Of a DNA stretch of 43,056 nucleotides, positions 15,424 through 28,003 are shown piece by piece. This DNA comes from Vicinamibacteria bacterium (GTDB taxonomy: Bacteria; Acidobacteriota; Vicinamibacteria; Fen-336). Location of the stretch: positions 1 through 43,056 of the forward strand of contig DATEUE010000296.1 of assembly GCA_035283305.1 (NCBI GenBank). The letters run 5' to 3'. Both the position numbers and the translations under genes were made by a program. The notes beneath the pieces are model-generated. The model had not been told where the DNA came from and ran no database searches. It saw nothing but the letters and a program-made list of their open reading frames with translations. How positions within the stretch are numbered: position 1 is the stretch's first letter; each line of letters starts with the position of its first letter.

Positions 15424-17048
15424 AGGAACACCACCTGGTGCCCGCGCGCGAACGGCAGCAGCCGCTCCTCGAGCGCGGGCACGATCGCACGGCCGTGCCG
15501 CCCGACGACGCCGATCAGGCCAAGCCCGCGCTCCTGCAGCGATCCGCCCGGCAGCAGCACGTCGCGCGTGCGCCGGAGCCGCTCGCCGCGCCCCTGGTCG
15601 CGTTTCTTGAGCGCGCGCAGGGCCTTCTCGTGAAGGCCCTCGACCTGGTGCAGCGTCCGCCCGCGGGCCGCGGCCGTGGCGGAGCGCAGCGTCGGGTCGT
15701 GCCCGCCGAGTACTACCTCCACGGCCCCCAGCTCGTGCTCGATCGCCTCTCTGGTCCGGGCGAACGCCGCCTCCACGTCGGGGTAGTCCTCGCGCGCCCA
15801 GCGCGACACGATCCGCTCGGGATCGCCGGCCAGGTCGCCGAGCGTCAGCCGCTCGGCCTCGAGCGCGCGAGCCTGCGCCGGCTCGACGAGCGTCAGGCTC
15901 GGGCGCGGCAGCAACACCGGGCGCGGGATGCCGAAATGCCCGTACACCGGCCCGATCTGGGCGTGGTAGGCGATCTCGGCCGGTCCGGCGACGTAAGCCG
16001 CCGTCGGCAGCAGCGCGTCCTGCACCAGCGGCCGCAGCAGCGCGCTGGGGCTCCACGCGCGCGGCTCGCGCTCGAGGAACGCGAGCGCCTCGGCCACGCT
16101 GAAGCGCACGCGCGTGCCGCGCACCTCGATCGTGTCGCCTGAGGTCGCGAGCGCGCGGCGCTGGCCCTCGACGATCGCGAACAGGTTCAGGAAGCCGGGG
16201 CGCACCGGCACCTGCTGGTGATAGCCGGCCGCGAGCAGGGCGCGGCCGGCGTCGAGAGCGAGCCGGGAGCTCGGCGAGCCCTCGGCGAGCTCTTGAGCCA
16301 GCACCGGCCGCGTCAGCCGCTTCAACGTCTCGTCGGCCGGGTCGAGCACCACGAGCTCGGGCAGCAGGCACGAGACCAGCCTCGCGAAGGCGGAGGAGAT
16401 CGTCTCGCCCGCGCGATAGCAGGCCGCGGCGAGCTCCACCGTCTCGTCGCGGCCGAGTGCTCCGGGCAGCGCCCGCGCGAGCTCGTCGACCAGGCCGCCC
16501 ACCGTGTCGTCCAGCACGATGTCCCAGGCCGGGCGCCCGAGCGGCTCTTGTTGCGGGTCGTAGCGCAGTGTCCGCAGCGCGCCGGAGGCGTCGACGATCG
16601 TCGTCGCCCGAACCTCCGCGAAGTCGTGGTCGTCAGAGGCCACCCAGAAGACGGGCACCACGGGCGTGTGCCGTTCCGCCTCGAGGCGCCGGGCTACCGC
16701 CACCGTCTCGAGCGCCTTCCACAGGACGAACAGCGGCCCACCAAAGAGGCCGGCCTGCTGGCCGGTGACGACCGCGGCCGCTCCCGGAGCGGCGAGAGCG
16801 CGGGCCCGCTCGGCCGCCGTCTTAGACCCGCGAGCTTCCTGCTGGCGCGCGAGGGCCTCGGCCACGGCCGCCATCGGCCGCTCGAGGCTGTGCGTCCTCT
16901 CGGCGGCCGAGGCGATGGCGGCGAGCTCGAAGCCGTCCCTGGGCAGGAACGCGCCCGCTCGCTCCCGCCCGGCGAGGTAGTCGAGAAACAGGGGGCTCAG
17001 CGGCTGCTGGAGCGCGTCGTAGGGGATGATGCCGGCCGGCTGGCGCAT
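15420..17048 (-). CDS. bshC: Bacillithiol biosynthesis cysteine-adding enzyme BshC
   Basis: BshC/YllA hallmarks VVTGQQAGLFGGPLFVLWK, PVFWVASDDHDFAEV, AYVAGPAEIAYHAQ and a C-terminal ...HQVVFL. Start set to the ATG at 17048 (MRQPAGIIPYD); the longest ORF starts at 17102. Confidence 0.8.
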   Translation of the reverse strand: MRQPAGIIPYDALQQPLSPLFLDYLAGRERAGAFLPRDGFELAAIASAAERTHSLERPMAAVAEALARQQEARGSKTAAERARALAAPGAAAVVTGQQAGLFGGPLFVLWKALETVAVARRLEAERHTPVVPVFWVASDDHDFAEVRATTIVDASGALRTLRYDPQQEPLGRPAWDIVLDDTVGGLVDELARALPGALGRDETVELAAACYRAGETISSAFARLVSCLLPELVVLDPADETLKRLTRPVLAQELAEGSPSSRLALDAGRALLAAGYHQQVPVRPGFLNLFAIVEGQRRALATSGDTIEVRGTRVRFSVAEALAFLEREPRAWSPSALLRPLVQDALLPTAAYVAGPAEIAYHAQIGPVYGHFGIPRPVLLPRPSLTLVEPAQARALEAERLTLGDLAGDPERIVSRWAREDYPDVEAAFARTREAIEHELGAVEVVLGGHDPTLRSATAAARGRTLHQVEGLHEKALRALKKRDQGRGERLRRTRDVLLPGGSLQERGLGLIGVVGRHGRAIVPALEERLLPFARGHQVVFL

Positions 17049-17079
17049 CGCAACCTTTGGCCCCCGCGGCGGGGCAAGA

Positions 17080-17122
17080 CCCAGAGAAGGGCAGAATAAC
17101 ATAGCCGCAAGCCCTTCTGGGG
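17080..17122. other. Imperfect hairpin with AT-rich loop in the bshC/kinase divergent region
   Basis: CCCAGA(GA)AGGGC at 17080-17092 pairs with GCCCTTCTGGG(G) at 17111-17122. The loop is AGAATAACATAGCCGCAA. Confidence 0.3.
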
Positions 17123-17145
17123 ACGCGACTTGGGCGCCAGGCGCG

Positions 17146-17175
17146 TTGACGCGGCGCGCTGCCCGGTGCTAGAGT
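17146..17175 (+). promoter_or_regulatory. Putative promoter of the kinase operon (TTGACG-18nt-TAGAGT)
   Basis: TTGACG at 17146-17151 and TAGAGT at 17170-17175. About 45 nt upstream of the ATG at 17220. Confidence 0.4.
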
Positions 17176-17219
17176 CAACCGGGGGGAGTGTCGGCACCGA
17201 CCTTGCACCCTTCGGATCG

Positions 17220-19460
<2,241 letters not shown>

Positions 19461-19465
19461 CCGAA

Positions 19466-20677
19466 GTGTCCAAGCTGATCGTCAACCCGACGTCCTCCAA
19501 CCGGCGCGAGATCCTGCTCTCGCGCACGACGATCCTCACGATCGGCCGCGATCCGTCGAACGACCTGGTGCTGCCCGACGCGATGGTCTCGCGCCGCCAC
19601 GCGGTGGTCGAGCACCGCGGGAAGCAGTTCTTTCTGCGCGACTGCAGCTCCGCGAACGGCTCCGTGGTGAACGGCGACCGGGTCAGCGAGCGGCCGCTGC
19701 GCGACGGCGACCTGGTGGCGATCGGCAGCATGCGGCTGCTGTTCCGCGACGAGGTGGTGGAGGCGATCGGCGGCAAGGTGCTGGCGCACCCCTCGGCGGC
19801 GCCACTCGAGTGTCCCACGTGCAAGTCTCTCTACCGGCGCGGCGACCTGTTCTGCCGCGAGTGCGGCGCGCAGGTGGCGCAGCCGAGCGGGCCGCCCAAG
19901 GCCATGTGCGTCGCTTGCGGTGCCTCGGTTCCGCTGCCGGCGCGCTTCTGCAACTCCTGCGGCGAGACGTTGGCGGCCGACGGGCAGCGGGTCGAGGAGC
20001 CGGCCGCCTCGGGCGGGGCCCACGACCGCAGCGAGACGCAGCCGGTGCCGATCGTGCCCCCGGAGCCGGCACCTCGCGCGAGCGCGCCGTTCGCGATGGC
20101 GCCCGCGCCCCTGCCGCAACCTGAGCCCCTGCCGCATGCGGCGGCGCTGCCGCAGCCCGCGAGCCACGCCGAGGCGCGCCACGAGCGACAAGCGCCCCGC
20201 GAGCGGCCGCAGACGCTGGCTCCGCTGCGCGAGCCCGAGCTCGCCGAGCCCGCCAGCCGGCTGGCGGCCTTCGTGGTCGACACCATCTTCGTCGCCTCGG
20301 GGCAGGCGGTCCTGCTCGCGCCCGTCGCGTGGTACTGGTGGGCGCGCGAGACCCCACGCGCGCCCTCGGACGTGGCGCTCTTGCCGGTGATCGCCTCGGT
20401 CACGCTGCTGCCGCTGGCGCTCGTCCTGGGCGTGCTCTACCACGTCTACTTCTGGAGCGTGAAGGGCGCGACGCCGGGCAAGGAGCTGCTCGACCTGCGG
20501 GTGGTGACGGACGACGGCGTCTCCCCGATCCCGCTCGCGAGCGCGCTGCGGCGCGCGCTCGGCTACCTGCTCTCGGCCGCCAGCCTGGGCCTCGGCTTTC
20601 TGATGGTGATCTTCGGCGGTCGCGGGCTGCACGACCGCATCGCCTCGACGCGGGTCGTGAAGGGAAGGCACCGGTGA
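19466..20677 (+). CDS. FHA domain / double zinc-ribbon / RDD-family membrane protein
   Basis: FHA core (LTIGRDPSNDLVLPDAMVSRRHAVV...NGSVVNG...LRDGDLVAIG). Two CxxC...CxxC ribbons (CPTC..CREC, CVAC..CNSC). C-terminal RDD-like TM domain (RLAAFVVDTIFV...GLHDRIASTRVV). Starts 6 nt after the kinase stop. Confidence 0.85.
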   Translation: MSKLIVNPTSSNRREILLSRTTILTIGRDPSNDLVLPDAMVSRRHAVVEHRGKQFFLRDCSSANGSVVNGDRVSERPLRDGDLVAIGSMRLLFRDEVVEAIGGKVLAHPSAAPLECPTCKSLYRRGDLFCRECGAQVAQPSGPPKAMCVACGASVPLPARFCNSCGETLAADGQRVEEPAASGGAHDRSETQPVPIVPPEPAPRASAPFAMAPAPLPQPEPLPHAAALPQPASHAEARHERQAPRERPQTLAPLREPELAEPASRLAAFVVDTIFVASGQAVLLAPVAWYWWARETPRAPSDVALLPVIASVTLLPLALVLGVLYHVYFWSVKGATPGKELLDLRVVTDDGVSPIPLASALRRALGYLLSAASLGLGFLMVIFGGRGLHDRIASTRVVKGRHR

Positions 20678-21309
20678 ACCTCGACGGGCAGGGGCTCGGG
20701 CCGGGCGAGCCGGGGGCGGAGCTGGCGCTCGCGCCGGCCGACGCGGTGTCGACCGAAGCCGAGGCCGCGACGCCGCGCTCAGGCGTGCGCCAGCGCTTCC
20801 TGCGCGCGGGCTGGGAGTTCCTCCACGACCTGTCGGTGGCGGTGCTGTTCTGCTTCTTTCTGATCGCCTTCGTGGCGCAGGCCTTCCGCGTTCAGGGAAC
20901 CAGCATGGAGCCGCTGCTGCTCGACGGGGAGCGCATCGTCGTCAACAAGTTCGTGTACCGCTTCCGCCCGATCGAGCGCGGCGACGTGGTGGTGTTCTGG
21001 TACCCGCGCGACCCCTCGGTTTCGTTCGTGAAGCGCGTGGTGGCCCTGCCAGGCGACCTCGTCGAGATCCGGGGCGGCGAGTTGGTCGTGAACGGGCTCG
21101 CGGTCAGGGAGCCCTACCTGCCGGCGAGCTTCCGTGACGACGACAGCCACGCGCCGACCGAGGTCCGCAAGGGCTACTACTTCGTGCTCGGTGACCACCG
21201 CCGCAGCAGCAACGACTCGCGCAGCTGGGGCGAGGTGCCGGAGAAGTACATCTACGGCCGCGCGGTGTTCCGCTTCTGGCCGCTGGGCCGGATGGGACCG
21301 ATTCGCTGA
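20674..21309 (+). CDS. lepB: Signal peptidase I
   Basis: S26 motifs GTSMEP, KRVVALPGD and GDHRRSSNDSR. The GTG at 20674 overlaps the upstream stop (GTGA). High GC3 from that start. Confidence 0.85.
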   Translation: MNLDGQGLGPGEPGAELALAPADAVSTEAEAATPRSGVRQRFLRAGWEFLHDLSVAVLFCFFLIAFVAQAFRVQGTSMEPLLLDGERIVVNKFVYRFRPIERGDVVVFWYPRDPSVSFVKRVVALPGDLVEIRGGELVVNGLAVREPYLPASFRDDDSHAPTEVRKGYYFVLGDHRRSSNDSRSWGEVPEKYIYGRAVFRFWPLGRMGPIR

Positions 21310-21341
21310 GCGGGTCTTCGGATAAGCTTTAGGGCTCGACA

Positions 21342-22547
21342 ATGAACGGACGAACGTCGGAAGAGCGGCGGCCGGACGTGCGCCCGCGCGCGCTGCTAGC
21401 CCTCGAGGACGGGACCATCTTCGAGGGAGTGGGCTTCGGGCGCGCCGGGGAGACCACGGGCGAGGTGGTCTTCAACACCGCCCTGTGCGGCTACCAGGAA
21501 GTGCTGACGGACCCCTCGTACGCAGGCCAGATCGTCACCATGACCTATCCCCACATCGGGAACTACGGCGTCAACCGCGAGGACGTCGAGTCGGCGCGGC
21601 CGCAGGTCGCGGGCTTCATCGTGCGCGAGGCCTCGGCCGTGGTCTCGTCGTGGCGCGCCTCGGGCACGCTCGGCGGCTACCTCGACCAGCACGGCATCGT
21701 GGGGATCAGCGAGATCGACACACGCGCGCTGACCCGGCACCTGCGCACGCACGGCGCCAAGCGCGGCGTCGTCTCGGCGCTCGACCCGGACCGGGACTCG
21801 CTGGTGGGCAAGGCGCGTGGCTCGCGCTCGATGGTCGGTCTCGACCTCGCGCGCGAGGTCAGCTGCGCGAAGCCGTGGGCTTTCGATCCGCGAGCGGAGG
21901 CGAAGAGCGAGGCCGGGCACCTGGTCCCGGTGTTGAAGGGCACCGACGCCCATCGCCCCCGCACGGGCGAGCGGCCCTTCCGCGTGGTGGCCTACGACTT
22001 CGGGCTGAAGCACAACATCCTGCGCAACCTGGCGGCCGCGGGCTGCGACGTGACCGTGGTGCCGGCGACCACCCCCGCCAGCGAGGCGCTCGCCCTCGGT
22101 CCCGAGGGCATCTTCCTCTCGAACGGGCCGGGGGACCCGGAGCCCTGCCGCTACGCGATCGAGGCGGCCAAGGTGTTCGTCGACCGCCTGCCCACATTCG
22201 GCATCTGCCTCGGCCACCAGATCCTGGGGCTCGCGTGCGGCGGCCGGACCTACAAGCTCAAGTTCGGGCACCGGGGAGCCAACCACCCGGTGAAGAACCT
22301 CGAGACCGGCCAGGTCGAGATCACATCCCAGAACCACGGCTTCTGCGTCGACCCGGAGCTTTTCGACAAGCCCGGCTTCGTGCTGACACACAAGAACCTG
22401 AACGACGGCACCGTCGAGGGCTTCCGCCTCAGGGACCGCCCGGTGATCTCGGTCCAGTACCACCCGGAGGCGAGCCCCGGCCCCCACGACAGCCACTACC
22501 TGTTCGAGGAGTTCGTGGGGATGATGCGCGCGCGCCGCGAGGCCTGA
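21342..22547 (+). CDS. carA: Carbamoyl-phosphate synthase small (glutaminase) subunit
   Basis: [26 protein letters not shown] and the GATase triad context [12 protein letters not shown]. Confidence 0.95.
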   Translation: MNGRTSEERRPDVRPRALLALEDGTIFEGVGFGRAGETTGEVVFNTALCGYQEVLTDPSYAGQIVTMTYPHIGNYGVNREDVESARPQVAGFIVREASAVVSSWRASGTLGGYLDQHGIVGISEIDTRALTRHLRTHGAKRGVVSALDPDRDSLVGKARGSRSMVGLDLAREVSCAKPWAFDPRAEAKSEAGHLVPVLKGTDAHRPRTGERPFRVVAYDFGLKHNILRNLAAAGCDVTVVPATTPASEALALGPEGIFLSNGPGDPEPCRYAIEAAKVFVDRLPTFGICLGHQILGLACGGRTYKLKFGHRGANHPVKNLETGQVEITSQNHGFCVDPELFDKPGFVLTHKNLNDGTVEGFRLRDRPVISVQYHPEASPGPHDSHYLFEEFVGMMRARREA

Positions 22548-22553
22548 CGAGCG

Positions 22554-25808
<3,255 letters not shown>

Positions 25809-25871
25809 ATCCGTCACGCTCCGCAGCCTGTTGCCTGTGAATCGCTGCTTCTTCCCGAAAGCTGTCCTGGC

Positions 25872-26636
25872 GTGAAACCCCTGTACCTCGCGCTTTCCGG
25901 GGGCGGCGCGCATGCCGCGGCCCACGCCGGAGTGCTGCTCGGGCTCGAGCGCGCGGGGGTACCCGTGGCCGGTGTCGCGGGCGTGAGCGGGGGAGCGCTG
26001 GTAGCCGCGGCCTGGGCAGGCGGAGCCGATCTCGACCGGCTGGTGGACCAGGCCTCGCGCCTGCACCCGTGGATGTGGGTGCGCGGCTGGGGCGGCGGGC
26101 TGCTCTCCGGCAGCCGGCTCGGGGCGCTGATCGACGAGTTCGTCCCGGTGGCGAGCTTCGAGGGCCTGCGGGTGCCGCTGGTGGTGCTGGCGACGGACGT
26201 CGACTCGGGCGAGGGCGTCGTGTTCCGTGAGGGCAGCGTGCGCGACGCCGTCCGCGCGTCGTGCAGCTTCCCCGGGGTGTTTCCGCCTTTCGTGTGGAAC
26301 GGCCGGCGGCTCGTGGACGGGGGCGTGACCGAGGTGGTGCCCGTCCGGCTCGCGCGCGAGCTGGCGGGAGACGACGGCGTCGTGGTGGCGATCGACTGCA
26401 ACGCCGGCGGACGCTGGCCCGCGGCCGACTCGTTCATCGCGATCGCTCTCCGGGCCGGGCTCACGCTCGTGCGCGGACGGACCCGCTCGGAGCTCGTCGG
26501 CGCCGATCTCGTGATCTCGCCGGCGATCGGCGAGTCGGGCTGGATGCGGCCGACGCGCATCCCGTCGTTCGCCGCGGCCGGCGAGGAAGCGCTCGTCGCG
26601 GGGCTTGCTGAGCTGCGGCGCCTGATCGGGGAGTGA
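25872..26636 (+). CDS. Patatin-like phospholipase
   Basis: LSGGGAHAAAHAGV (oxyanion G-G-G-x-x-G region), GVSGG (GxSxG) and VDGGV (catalytic Asp). GTG start. Confidence 0.8.
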   Translation: MKPLYLALSGGGAHAAAHAGVLLGLERAGVPVAGVAGVSGGALVAAAWAGGADLDRLVDQASRLHPWMWVRGWGGGLLSGSRLGALIDEFVPVASFEGLRVPLVVLATDVDSGEGVVFREGSVRDAVRASCSFPGVFPPFVWNGRRLVDGGVTEVVPVRLARELAGDDGVVVAIDCNAGGRWPAADSFIAIALRAGLTLVRGRTRSELVGADLVISPAIGESGWMRPTRIPSFAAAGEEALVAGLAELRRLIGE

Positions 26637-27568
26637 GTCGGGTGCGCCGGACGCTCGTCGTCGTCCTGCTGCTCCTGGCCGTCGCTCTCGGTGCCGCCGC
26701 CCGGTACGACCGCCCGCCGGTCACCCCCGGCTCCTGGCTGGCCGCCGCAGGCCTTCTGGCTCGCTACCAGACCGTCGCCACGCAGCGCGTGCGCCTCGTG
26801 CGCGCGGGCACGGGTTCCAGCGTCGTGCTGATCCATGGCTTCGGCTCGTCGATCTACACCTGGAAGGACGTGATCCCGGCCCTCGCGGCGCGCCACGACG
26901 TCGTCGCACTCGACCTGCCGGGCTTCGGCGGATCGGCCCGCCCGGCCGACCTTTCGCTGCAGGCCTTTCCGGAGGTGGTGATCGGCCTGATGGACCGCCT
27001 CGGAATCGAGCGGGCGGCGCTCGTCGGAAACAGCATGGGCGGAGCGACCGCGGCGATCGTAGCCGCTACGGCGCCTTTGCGCGTGAGCCGGCTCGTCCTG
27101 CTCGACGCGGCGAACTTCAACATGGAGCCGGAGGCGAGACCCTTCATGGTCCGGCTCACCACGTCGTGGGCGGCGCCCGTCCTGGGCCTGCTGCCCGGCA
27201 AGCGCCTGCTCGTGGAGCGATCGCTGCGCCAGGTGTTCCACGACGACGCGCTCGTGACCGAGGAGCGTGTCTCGGAGTACCTGGCGCCGGCGCAACGGCC
27301 GGGCACTTTCCTTGCCTTGCGCTCGCTCGGGGCCTCGTTCGACGCCGGCCGCTCGCGTGTGGCCGAGGTGCTCGGCGACATCACGGCCCCGACGCTCGTG
27401 GTCTGGGGCGACGACGACCGCTGGATCCCGCTCGCTCACGCCGACCGGTTCGTGGAGGGCATCGCCGGCGCGCGCAAGCTGGTGATCCCGGCCTGCGGCC
27501 ACATGCCGCAGGAGGAGAAGCCCGCCGAGGTGGCGCGCTTGGTACTCGAGTTCCTGGACTCGAACTGA
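26633..27568 (+). CDS. Alpha/beta hydrolase fold protein with N-terminal signal/anchor
   Basis: LIHGFGSS, nucleophile elbow GNSMGG and a C-terminal GHMPQEE. GTGA overlap with the patatin stop. Confidence 0.8.
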   Translation: MSRVRRTLVVVLLLLAVALGAAARYDRPPVTPGSWLAAAGLLARYQTVATQRVRLVRAGTGSSVVLIHGFGSSIYTWKDVIPALAARHDVVALDLPGFGGSARPADLSLQAFPEVVIGLMDRLGIERAALVGNSMGGATAAIVAATAPLRVSRLVLLDAANFNMEPEARPFMVRLTTSWAAPVLGLLPGKRLLVERSLRQVFHDDALVTEERVSEYLAPAQRPGTFLALRSLGASFDAGRSRVAEVLGDITAPTLVVWGDDDRWIPLAHADRFVEGIAGARKLVIPACGHMPQEEKPAEVARLVLEFLDSN

Positions 27569-27601
27569 TGGGCTTACAAGGCAAGCTCATCCAACAGGCC
27601 G

Positions 27602-27638
27602 TTGTGGTAGAGCGTCATAGATGGTAGAGTGGCTACCA
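27602..27638 (+). promoter_or_regulatory. Putative padR promoter (TTGTGG-17nt-TAGAGT) with embedded TGGTAGAG direct repeats and a TGGTAG/CTACCA inverted repeat; probably a leaderless transcript
   Basis: TTGTGG at 27602-27607 and TAGAGT at 27625-27630. TGGTAGAG at 27605-27612 and 27622-27629. TGGTAG at 27622-27627 pairs with CTACCA at 27633-27638. The ATG at 27638 is 7 nt after the -10. Confidence 0.4.
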
Positions 27639-27988
27639 TGCGGCGCTTGAAGCGACCCGATCGGGTCGAACTTCTCCAAGGGACGCTCGATCTGCTGGTC
27701 CTCCGGACACTCCTGTTCGCGCCCATGCACGGGCACGGGATCGCCAAGGCCATCCAGAGGAACTCCGAGGATCTTCTGCTCGTCCAACACGGCTCGCTCT
27801 ATCCCGCCCTCCATCGCATGGTGCAGAAGGGCTGGCTCGACTCCCGATGGCAAGACGCGCCCAAGGGGCGGCCGATGAAGTTCTATCGCCTGACGACCGC
27901 TGGACGAAGCCAAGTGGCGACCGAGCAATCGAAATGGGAGCAAGTCTGCCGGGCGATCGGGCTTGTTCTGAAACGGGCCGAGGGCTGA
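27629..27988 (+). CDS. PadR family transcriptional regulator
   Basis: Winged-helix PadR signature LLQGTLDLLVLRTL...HGHGIAKAIQ...GSLYPALHRMVQKGWL...KFYRLTTAG. GTG at 27629 or ATG at 27638. Confidence 0.85.
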   Translation: MATMRRLKRPDRVELLQGTLDLLVLRTLLFAPMHGHGIAKAIQRNSEDLLLVQHGSLYPALHRMVQKGWLDSRWQDAPKGRPMKFYRLTTAGRSQVATEQSKWEQVCRAIGLVLKRAEG

Positions 27989-28003
27989 GCGAGGGGCGCG
28001 AGC

